Shown one piece after another: positions 48,661 to 60,593 of a stretch of 64,000 nucleotides of DNA. Position 1 is the stretch's first letter. Each line of letters opens with the position of its first letter. Location of the stretch: positions 682,001 through 746,000 of the forward strand of contig NIVC01000073.1 of NCBI GenBank assembly GCA_002269645.1, read 5' to 3'. This DNA is from Macrostomum lignano (lineage: Eukaryota). Under the pieces are notes generated by a model, which did not search any database, was not told the origin of the DNA, and saw only the letters and a program-made list of their open reading frames with translations. The position numbers and the translations under genes are program-made.

Positions 48661-50234
48661 TCTCAAATGAGCCCTTTTAGGACAATGGCCTATCACCTAT
48701 GTGCTGGATGACAGCCACAGAGATGAAGCAGATTAGTTGGATAGCCACCTGTGCTAAAGGTTAGTTGCCTTCTAACTTTCTAGTTCTAACCTAGTTGCTG
48801 GCCATCATACATGTTGTACATCATTTAATTTTGAAAGGACCTTTTGTTGTACATGCCATACCATTGTATATATTGGTCACAGTGTCCTATATTACATGTA
48901 TTCACAAGTTCATAACAAGACTTAGTGAATTGATGAGTGGTTACATTACTACTATCTACATTACTTATAAAATAATTGTAATATTTTAGCATGGTACACT
49001 ATATAGTACTTAATAATTATTACACTCAAATTTCCATGCTTTTTCCTAGAATGTCTATGGTATATATGTCCCATAGTTTGGATTGTGTATTAGTATATGC
49101 TGGGTTTAATGCTAGGAAAAATGACAAGACCTTATGTAGAACGGCCTACATTTTATTCAACAAAATTATTATTATTCTTAAAAGTTAAATTCCCACCAAA
49201 TAACAAATACTGTATATTTTTGTTTTAATGCATTGTTTTGTTTTAAATCTAGAAATTTTGTTTTAGTAAGGCAAAATAATTTTGTTTTAGTTAACTGTTA
49301 TTTAAATGCATGATACACAAACCAATAGGACAAGACTTTGTCTACTATAAATACAAGGCCAAAATTACAAAATAGAACATTTCTTTAACTTTTTGGGTTC
49401 AATACTCAGTAACCTAGAAATTAAGATTTCTCTGGTTTTTTGACTTGGTCATTTAAGCAAGATTGCGAGTTGGGCATACAGTGTTGGATAGAAAGGGCAT
49501 TTTGTCAATGCAATTAAGCAGGGATTGCCAAATAAGCATTTTGCTCAGTAAAAGAAAGGGCAGATTGCCCAGTAAAAAGAGAGGATTTCCAAGAAATAGA
49601 TTCAGACTGCTGTAGCAGTATGCAGTATTAGTCAGGAGAGACAGTATTAAAGCCGGAAACCTCTTAGTCTCAGTCCATGGTAACGCCATGTTTGGACTGT
49701 AAAGTTTAAGAGTTTAGTAGTAGTCAGCACTGTCTTGTCACTCAGGCACTGAAGCTACCCAGGGTAATTTGTACCAACAATAGCCCATAGTGTATAAAGT
49801 ACATATAAGTATAAAAGTAGGATTTTTTAGAAATAATAGGCTTAATACATTTTCTTAGAATAGGATAGACAATTTCTAATACAATTTGATAAAGAAACTG
49901 CAGGACTAAATAGACAAAGGAATTAGGATTGCAATAATTTGGTGACAAATTGATAGGATATTATAAAATAGTGAAGGGGCCTAGAACATTTGTTTGTATG
50001 CTAGGTTTGTTTGCCAATATAAAAAAATTGTCATTTGACACAATATATCTGCTGTTATGTATACCAGGATATATCTTGATATATGCTAAAAATGGTAAGA
50101 CCCTTGTTGTATGCTAGGAAATCTTGGCATATATGTTGCCTTCCAAACTATAGTATATAATGTGCATTGTTGTATAGACTATAGCATAGCCAAAGGAAAA
50201 ATATTTGATTATTGTTATACTCTCATATATCATA

Positions 50235-53200
50235 TCCTATATACTAAAAATGAAATGTGTGTCTCTGTGAGATAGATTTCAGAAAAAACGGCTTAACCGA
50301 TTTTCTTCAAACTTGCACCATTCGATCAGAAATTTTCCTGGGACGGTACATGCATCTTGGCTAAGAAATTGCTCAATTTTAAAGGGATTAAATATTCGAA
50401 AAACATGCTTTTTTGCAAAGGTCAAGCAGCTCTTTCGACCTGAAATGCATTGTAAGAATGCTAGAGAAAAAACTGACTGACTGAATTCTGATTCTGACAA
50501 AGATTGCATCACAACAAGTTGAAAACAGTGCCGAAGAAATGCACACACGACTTGAATGAAATTGCGTAACCATATTGGCAACTTAAATTGAGACTGATTC
50601 TGGCTGACTGAGAAATTGATTATGTCATAACTTTTTACTCCAATTGACTTGCTGTAAGAATTGAATTATAAGGGCCACAATTTATGTTCTCCAATTGAAA
50701 AAGATAGCCCAGATGCGAACAGACTGGAATGCTAATGTAGCGACTTGGGTTCGAATCTTAGTAGGGCAAAAAAGATTTTTTTTACTAAAACACCTTAAAA
50801 ACACAAAACTTCTAAACATAAAAGAAGCGCAATGTCAAACATAGAAGAGCCACCATGTCGAACATAAAAGAGCTAACATATCGAATATTAAAGAGCCACC
50901 ATGTCAAACCTAAACGAGCCACCATGTCTAATATTTAAGAGGCACCATATAAAACATATAAGTGACTTTATGTCAAACATAAAAGAGCCACCATTTCTAA
51001 CATTAAACAGCCACCATTTCGAACATTAAAGAGCCACCATTTCGAAAATAAAAGAGTCACTATTTCGAACATCAAAGAGCCACTATGTCAAACATTTAGG
51101 AGCCACTTTTTCGAACATTAAAGAGCCACCATGTCAAACATAAAAGAGCCAACATGTCAAACATAAAAGAGCCAACATGTCAAACATAAAGAGTCACCAT
51201 GTCAAACATTTAAGAGCCACCATGTCAAACATATATGTGACTTTGTGTTAAACATTAAAGAGCCACCATTTCGAACATTAAAGAGCCACCATGTCAAACA
51301 TGAAAGAGCTATAACATGAAGAATATTAAAGAGCCACCATGTCGAACATAAAAGAGCTGCCATGTAAAATAACAAAGAGCTACCAAGTTAAACATAAAAG
51401 AGCCACCATGTAAAACATTAAAGAGCCACCATGTGAAACATTAAAGAGCCACATTGTCAAACCTAGAAGAGCCACCATGTCGAACATAACAGAGCTACCA
51501 TGTCAAACATTAAAGAGCCACCATGTCAAACATTCAAAAGTTACATTGTCAAACATTGAAGAGCCACTATGTCAAACATTTAGGAGCCACTTTGTCGAAC
51601 ATTAAAGAGCCAACATGTCAGACATTAAAAAAGCCACCGTATCAAATAAAAAGAGTTAACATGTAGAACAAAAAAGAGCCACCATTTCGAACATAAAAGA
51701 GCCAACATGTCAAACATAAAGAGCCACCATGTCAAACATTTAAGAGCCACCATGTCAAACATATATGTGACTTTATGTCAAACATTAAAGAGCCACCATT
51801 TCGGACATAACAGAGCTACCATGTAAAACATTAAAGAGCCACCATGTCAAACATTAAAGAGCCACCATGTCGAACATAAAAGAGCCACCATGTCAAACCT
51901 AAAAGAGCCACCATGTCGAAAATAAAAGAGCCACTATTTCGAACATTAAAGAGCCACCATTTCGAACATTAAAGAGCCACCATGTCGACCATAAAAGAGC
52001 CACTATTTCGAACATTAAATATCCACCATGTCAAACATAAAAGAGCCAACATGTCAAACATAAAGAGCCACCATGTCGAAAATGAAAGAGCCACTATTTC
52101 GAACATTAAAGAGCCACCATTTCGAACATTAAAGAGCCACCATGTCGAACATTAAAGAGCCACCATGTCGAACATTTAAGAGCCACCATGTTAAACCTAA
52201 AAGAGCCACCATGTTAAACCTAAAAGAGCCACCATGTTAAACCTAAAAGAGCCACCATGTTAAACCTAAAAGAGCCACCATGTTAAACCTAAAAGAGCCA
52301 CCATGTCAAACCTAAAAGAGCCACCATTTCGAACATATAAGTGACTTTATGTCAAACATTAAAGAGCCACCATGTCAAACATTAAAGAGCCACCATGTAA
52401 AACAAAAGAGCCACCATTTCGAACATTAAAGAGCCACCATGTCAAACATTTAAGAGCCACCATGTTAAACATAAAAGAGCCACTATGTTGAACATTAAAC
52501 AGCCATCATGTCAAACCTAAAAGATCCACAATTTCGAACACTTAAGAGCCACAATGTAGAATATTAAAGAGCTACCATGTCAAACATTTAAGAGCCACCA
52601 TGTCAAACATTTAAGAGCCACCACGTAAAACATTAAAGAGCCACCATTTGAAACATTAAAGAGTCACCATGTCAAACATTTAAGAGCCACCATGTCAAAC
52701 ATTTAAGAGCCACCATGTCAAACATAAAAGAGCCACCATGTCAAACCTAAAAGAGCCACCATGTCGAACATAAAAGAGCCACCATGTCAAACCTAAAAGA
52801 GCCACCATGTCGAACATAAAAGAGCTATACCATGAAAAAAATTAAAGAGCCACTATCTCGAACATTAAAGAGCCACCATGTCAAACATTTAAGAGCCACC
52901 ATGTCAAACATTTAAGAGCCACCATGTCAAACCTAAAAGAGCCACCATGTCAAACCTAAAAGAGCCACCATGTCAAACCTAAAAGAGCCACCATGTCGAA
53001 CATAAAAGAGCTATACCATGAAAAACATTAAAGAGCCACTTTCTCGAACATTAAGGAGCCACCATGTCAAACATTTAAAAGCCACCTTGTCAAACATTAA
53101 ATAGCCACTTTGTCGAACATTAAAGAGTCACTGTGTCAAACATAAAAGAGCCACTGTTTCAAACATAAAAGAGCCACCAGGTTAAACATTAAAGAGCCAC

Positions 53201-54006
53201 CATGTCAAACAATAAAGAGGCACCATGTCAAACATAAAAGAGCCACCATGTCTGACATTAAAAAGCCATCGTTTCAAACATAAAACAGTTGCCATGTAGA
53301 ACTTAAAACAGCCACCATGTCAAACATAAAATTTACACAATTTCAAACATAAAAGTAAGCGAATTTTAAAGGAGCCACTATAATGCTAAGGAAATTATCG
53401 CACTAGCTACTTATTGTCTGGTGGATGCTTGCTATTTGGGGATGCTATCTATGTAGGGGATGCTTGCTATCTGGCGGATGCTTGCTATCTGGGGGATGCT
53501 TGCTATCTGGGGGATGCTTGCTATCTGGGGGTTGCTTGTAATCTGGAAGATGCCTGCTATCTGGCGGATGCTTGCTATCTGGGGGATGCTTGCTATCTGG
53601 GGGATGCTTGCTATCTGGGGGATGCTTGCTATCTGGGGGATGCTTGCTATCTGGGGGTTGCTTGTAATCTGGAAGATGCTTGCTATCTGGCGGATGCTTG
53701 CTATCTGGAAGATGCTTGCTATCTGGCGGATGCTTGCTATCTGGGGGATGCTTGCTATCTGGGGGATGCTTGCTATCTGGGGGATGCTTGCTATCTGGGG
53801 GATGCTTGCTATCTGGGGGTTGCTTGTAATCTGGAAGATGCTTGCTATCTGGGGGATGCTTGCTGTCTTGGGATGATTTCTTTTTGCTTCCTTTGAGTAT
53901 TTTGTCGGTTTTTTTTTGTGAAGGCCTTTTTTGGCTATCTTTTTGTTACTTGTAGAGAACAGAGGTTCTATACAGATGTCCCCCAACGGGGGGCGAAGAT
54001 TGCTAG
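50235..54006 (+). mobile_element. Non-autonomous Helitron A with internal 23-bp and 18-bp satellites
   Basis: A|TC CTATATACTAAAAATG 5' end; CCCCCAACGGGGG hairpin then CTAG|T 3' end; 23-bp array ~50840-53330, 18-bp array ~53430-53870. Confidence 0.8.
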
Positions 54007-54916
54007 TAATAAGAGACTAAAACTGAAGTTTAACTTTCGTATGCATAGAAATCTTTCTACACTATGCCTATGGAAATATAGTTAGGGGCCTATTTTATTG
54101 CCAATTGACTATTACTTTCAAGTTTCACTTTTTGCTACCAATTTTCTAAGACCAAATGTCTGATTTCAACATCATAAAACCAATCAATTTAAGCTGCATA
54201 TGAACTAAGTATTAGCAAATAATGTCTGTTAAAATATGTACTTGTAAAAATATTATCCTTTTTAAAGTAAATTTGCTTGACTTTTCATTATAATCAATAT
54301 AATAATAGGCCCTAAATCTTATATTTCATAAAATAAATTGTCACTAAATTGTCACGAATTTGTCAAATGTCCAGGGACCATTGCAGGACTCAGCTGCGAT
54401 GGTCCTATAAACCTGACTTGATGACCTATTATTGACTATGACAACTTTGAATATGACGACTTTGGCTAGAGCCTACCCTATGGCTCATACTAATACTAAT
54501 AGGCATACTAGCCAAAGCCAAAAAAGCCAAAAAGGCAATTATGTTAAAAAATCTGAAAATATACATGTTATATTTGATAGGATTTATAAAAATGAAAAAA
54601 TTAATACCATAGTACAAAAGGTGGAAATTTTTCACTGGAATAGTTGAGTAGTTAGTTATTTTACTCTTGTAGACCAACCAAGGTGGTAACCCCAGTTGTT
54701 TCACCTACAAACTATCCCTAGGCCCTAGGCCTACATCATTTCACCCATAGACCATTTCACCCACAGGCCATAGACTGTTTCATCCTCGTCCATAGACAGT
54801 TTTGGCCATGGACTGTTTCTAAACTTTACAGTTTTAAACTCTGTGCTTTGATTTTTAATTTTGGTGAGAAATCTTATTCTTTTAGAATTTCCAGCTTTGC
54901 CTTTCTATAAGTATAA

Positions 54917-55231
54917 GGGGGCCATAGCCCAGCAGTAGTGCAGCTGCTCTGGTGTGCCAGCGACCCAGGCTCGATTCCAAGTGCAGTCACATTAAATTTG
55001 GGGCTGAATTGGAATCTTGGCTTGGCTCTGCTTGTGTAATTAACGGCCTTGAGAGCCAACCCCCCGCCCCCAAGGTGCAGTGAAGTGTACATGCCTAACG
55101 ATAAAATAAAATTAGGGCCGCTGTACACTCCTGTGTGAGTGTGTGCCTGCGTATGTATCCGCGCGCTTGTATGCCTGCTCAGGGGAGTTGGCGGAATGGG
55201 CAGTAATGCCTCTCGCGGGTTGTGTGCCTAT
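54917..55231 (+). mobile_element. tRNA-derived SINE
   Basis: GGGGGCCATAGCCCAGCAGTAG (A-box-like), GGCTCGATTCC (B-box-like, 54968); body shared with 21520-21840. Confidence 0.65.
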
Positions 55232-58200
55232 GACAGTACATGCATCGTGGCTAAGAAATTGCTTGATGCTAAAGGGATTAAATATTCGAAAAACATGCTT
55301 TTTTGCAAAGGTCAAGCAGCTCTTTCGACTTGAAATGCATCGTAAGAATGCTAGCAGAAAAACTGACTGGTTGAATTCTGATTCTGAAATAGATTGCATC
55401 ACAATACACTTTATTTATCGTCTGTGTACTGGCTGAATTTGACACTCAATTGAATTGCGTCACAGCTTTGAGTGTGAAAGCATAGCGCAGTACTGAATTT
55501 ATATTACGTAACCATATTGTAAACTTTCATAGACACTGGTACTGACTTGCCTAAGAAATTGATTATGTCATAACTGCTTCGTGAGACTTTTTACTCTACC
55601 TGACTTGGTGTGAGTGTTGAATTATATAAGTGGTACAACATCACTGATAACTTCGATGAGAGCTAGCCTAGAGCTGAACAGACCAGACTGCTAATGCAGC
55701 GACCTAGGTTCGAATCTAAGTAGTTTAAAAGTAGTAGTGTAAATTTTTTTATTAAAAGGTTTTATTAAAGGACTAAATAAAAACACTTAGATTACTGCAC
55801 TCGATAAGCCAAGGATTATTGCTATTAATAAACCAAGGACTACTGCACTCGATAAACCAAGGACTATTGCTCTTGGCAAACCAAGGATTACTGCACTCAA
55901 GAAGCCAAGGATTATTGCTATTAATAAACCAAGGATTACTGCACTTGGAAAACCAAGGATTACTGCACTCGATAAACCAAGGACTATTGCTCTTGGCAAA
56001 CCAAGGATTACTGCACTCAGGAAGCCAAGGATTATTGCACTTGGAAAACCAAGGATTACTGCACTCGATAAACCAAGGACTATTGCTCTTGGCAAACCAA
56101 GGATTACTGCACTCAAGAAGCCAAGGATTATTGCTATTAATAAACCAAGGATTACTGCACTTGGAAAACCAAGGATTACTGCACTCGATAAACCAAGGAC
56201 TATTGCTCTTGGCAAACCAAGGATTACTGCACTCAAGAAGCCAAGGATTATTGCACTTGGAAAACCAAGGATTACTGCACTCGATAAACCAAGGACTATT
56301 GCACTTGATAAACCAAGGAATATTGCACTTGATAGGCCAAGGATTACTGCACTTGATAAACCAAGGATTATTGCACTTGATAGGCCAAAGATTACTGCGC
56401 TTGATAAACCAAGGATTATTGCACTTGATAAACCAAGGATTATTGCACTTGATAAGCCAAGGATTACTGCGCTTGATAAACCAAGGATTATTGCACTTGA
56501 TAAACAAAGGATTATTGCACTTGATAAACAAAGGATTATTGCACTTGATAAACAAAGGATTATTGCACTTGATAAACCAAGGATTATTGCACTTGATAAG
56601 CCAAGGATTATTGCACTTGATAAGCCATGGATTATTGCACTTGATAGTAAAGAATGTTGCACTTGATAAGCCAAGGATTAATGCACTGGATTATTCAAGG
56701 ATTATTGATATTAACAAACCAAGGACTACTCCACTCGATAAACCAAGGATTATTGCTCTTAATAAACCAAGGATTATTGCACTTGGAAAACTAAGGATTA
56801 CTGCACTCGATAAACCAAAGACTATTGCACTTGATAAACCAAGGATTATTGCACTTGATAGGCCAAGGATTACTGCACTTGATAAACCAAGGATTATTGC
56901 ACTTGATAGGCCAAAAATTATTGCGCTTGATAAACCAAGGATTATTGCACTTGATAAACCAAGGATTATTGCACTTGATAAGCCAAGGATTATTGCACTT
57001 GATAAACCAATGATTATTGCAGTTGATAAGCCAAGGATTATTGCATCTGATAAACCAAAGATTATTGCACTTGATAAACCAAGGATTATTGCACTTGATA
57101 AACAAAGGATTATTGCACTTGATAGGCCAAAGATTACTGCGCTTGATAAACCAAGGATTATTGCACTTGATAAACCAAGGATTATTGCACTTGATAAACC
57201 AAGGATTATTGCACTTGATAAACCAAGGATTATTGCACTTGATAAACCAAGGATTATTGCTCTTGGCAAACCAAGGATTACTGCACTCGATAAGCCAAGG
57301 ATTATTGCTCTTAATAAACCAAGGATTACTGCACTTGGAAAACTAAGGATTACTGCACTCGATAAACTAAGGATTATTGCTCTTGGCAAACCAAGGATTA
57401 TTGCACTTGATAGGCCAAGGATTACTGCACTTGATAAACCAAGGATTATTGCACTTGATAAACCAAGGATTATTGCACTTGATAAGCCAAGGATTATTGC
57501 ACTTGATAGGCCAAGGATTACTGCGCTTGATAAACCAAGGATTATTGCACTTGATAAACCAAGGATTATTGCACTTGATAGGCCAAGGATTACTGCACTT
57601 GATAAACCAAGGATTATTGCACTTGATAGGCCAAAGATTACTGCACTTTATAAGCCAAAGATTACTGCACTTGATAAACCAAGGATTATTGCACTTGATA
57701 AACCAAGGATTATTGCACTTGATTAATCAAGGATTATTGCTATTAATAAACCAAGGATTATTGCACTAGCTGAGAAGCTGATTACTGCGCTGTCTAAAAA
57801 AGAGATTATTGCGCTCGCTGAGACGTGGATTGTTGCACAACCTGAGAAAGCGATTATTGCATTAGCGGAAGTAACATTTGCACTAGCTACTTGCTGTCTC
57901 GTGGATGCTTGCTCTCGAGGGGGGATACTTGCTATTTGGGAGAGGGGGTACTGGCTACATGCATGGGATTCTTTCTATCCAGGGATGCTTGCTATTCAGG
58001 GATTCTTGCTATCTGCAGGATGCTTGCTATTTAGGGATTCTTGCTATCTGCAGGATGCTTGCTATCTGGGTGGATGCTTCTATAATATCTGGGGGGTGCT
58101 TGCTATCTGCAGAATGCTTCTATAATATCTGGGGGTGCTTGCTATCTGCAGAATGCTTGCTATCTGGGTGGATGCTTCTATAATATCTGGGGGGTGCTTG

Positions 58201-58545
58201 CTAATCTGCAGATGCTTGCTATCTGTGGTGATTCTTGCTATGAGCATTAGAGGATGCTTGCTATCTGCGATTGTTCACTTTTGGAGGGGGTTGCTTGCTG
58301 TCTTGGGAATATTTTCTATTTAGGGAAACGATATTTTGTTGACTGTTTGTTAATTTTAGAGAAAAAGTGATTTTTTAATTTTGCAAACATCTTAGTCCAT
58401 GACAATTTTACACGAATAAGGTGATTTTTAAAATGTGAAGAAGGAATTAGTGTTTAAGAAAATGTGTTTTTTTATTGTTTTCCATGAACTATTTTTGCTC
58501 CTTTCTTATTGGGCGCCCCGAAGGGGGGCCGCACTAGATTGCTAG
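55232..58545 (+). mobile_element. Helitron B (5'-truncated) with internal 24-bp satellite
   Basis: 55232 onward aligns to Helitron A from ~50342; 24-bp GATAAACCAAGGATTATTGCACTT array ~55790-57780; GGATGCTTGCTATCT repeats; CCCCGAAGGGG hairpin, ends GATTGCTAG. Confidence 0.75.
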
Positions 58546-60321
58546 TCCTATATACTAAAAATGAAATGTCTGTGTGTATGTGTGAGATAGATTCCAGAAA
58601 AAACGGCTCGACCGATTTTCTTCAAACTTGCACCATTTGATCAGAAATTTTCCTGGGACGGTACATGCATCCTGGCTAAGAAATTTCTCACTGTTAAAGG
58701 GATTAAATATTCGAAAAACATGCTTTTTTGCAAAGGTCAAGCAGCTCTTTCGACCTAAAATTCATTGTAAGAATGCTAGAGAAAAAACTGACTGGCTGAA
58801 TTCCGATTGTGATAAAGATTGCATCACAACAAGTTGAAAACAGTGCCGAAGAAATGCACACACGACTTGAATGAAATTGCGTAACCATATTGCTAACCCA
58901 AATTGAGACTAATACTGGCTGACTGAGAAATTGATTATGTCATAACTTTTTACTCCAATTGACTTGCTGTAAGAATTGAATTATAAGGGCCACAATTCAT
59001 GTTCTCCAATTGAAAATAGATAGCCAAGATGCAAACAGACTGGAATGCTAATGTAGCAACCTGGGTTCGAATCTTAGTAGTGCAAAAAAAAGATTTTTTA
59101 TCAAAACACCTTAAAAACACAAAACTGCTAAACATAATAGAAGCGGAATGTCAAACATAGAAGAGCCACCATGTCAAACATAAAAGAGCCACCATGCCAA
59201 ACATAAAATAAGCACTATGTCAAACATATATGTGACTCCATGTCAACGATTAAAAAGCCACCATGTCAAAACTAAACGAGCCACCACGTCTAACATTTAT
59301 GTGACTTTATGTCAAACATTTAAGTGTCACCATATCAAACATCAAATAGCCACTTTGTCAAACATTAAAGAGCCACCGTGTCAAACATAAAACAGCCACC
59401 ATGTTAAACATAGAAGAGCCACCATGTCAAACATAAAATAGCCACCATGTCAGACATTAAAAAGCCACCGTATCAAACATAAAAGAGCCACCATGTAGAA
59501 TATTAAAGAGCCACCATTTCAAACAGTAAAGAGCCACCATGTCAAACATAAAAGAGCCACCATGTCAAACATTATAAAGCCACCATGTCGAACATAAAAG
59601 AGCCACCATGTAGAATATTGAAGAGCCACCATGAAGAACATTAAAGAGCCACCATGTCAAACATTTAAGAGCCACCATGTCAAACATTTAAGAGCCACCA
59701 TCTCAAACATATTTGTGACTTTATGTCAAACCTTAAAGAGCCACCATTTCGAACATTAAATAGCCACTATGTCAAACATTAGAGAGCCGCCGTGTCAAAC
59801 ATAAGGAGCCACCAGGTTAAACATTAAAGAGCCACCATGTCAAACAATAAAGAGCCACCATGTAAAACATAAAAGAGCCACCATGTCAGACAATAAAAGC
59901 CACCGTGTCAAACATAAAAGAGCCACCAGGTTAAACATTAAAGAGCCACCATGTCAAACAATAAAGAGCCACCATGTCAAACATAAAAGAGCTACCATGT
60001 CAAACATTTAAGAGCTACCATGTCAAACATTTAAGAGCTACCATGTCAAACATTAAAGAGCCACTATGTCAAAACATAATAGTGCCATCATGTCAAACCT
60101 AAAAGAGTCACCATGTCAAACATAAAAGAGCCACCATTTCGAACAGTAAAGAGCCACCATGTCAAGTATAAAAGAGCCACCATGTCAACATAAAAGAGCC
60201 ACCATGTCAAACATTAAAGAGCCACCATGCCAAACATAAAAGATACACAATTTCAAACATAAAAGTAAGCGAATTTTAAAGGAGCCACTATAATGCTAAG
60301 GAAATTGTCGCACTAGCTACT
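58546..60321 (+). mobile_element. Helitron C (3'-truncated) with internal 23-bp satellite
   Basis: TCCTATATACTAAAAATG start, ~600-bp 5' region nearly identical to A, same 23-bp array; homology stops after GCACTAGCTACT. Confidence 0.8.
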
Positions 60322-60593
60322 GGCTCATTCCATATAAGCATGGTCGTAACATGACAGGTTATTTTTACTTATAAAATGAAATCTAATAATAGAATAGGCC
60401 TAGGCCTATACTAAACCAATATTTTAAATGAAAGATTATTTTGTCTAGAATATATTTATAGTTTCATATAGATATCATCATTAGTATAGATGCTATTAAA
60501 CCTTAAATGACACTTATGGTCGTAACGACAGGATTTTTGACATATAGAAACTAAAAGGTAAAAGTCTTATAACATTTTTCATTTTTGATATTT

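Noticed and set aside
54375-54405. Isolated 12-bp hairpin GGACCATTGCAG..CTGCGATGGTCC
   Set aside because: Real but single, with no associated terminus, U-tract or second copy to assign a function.
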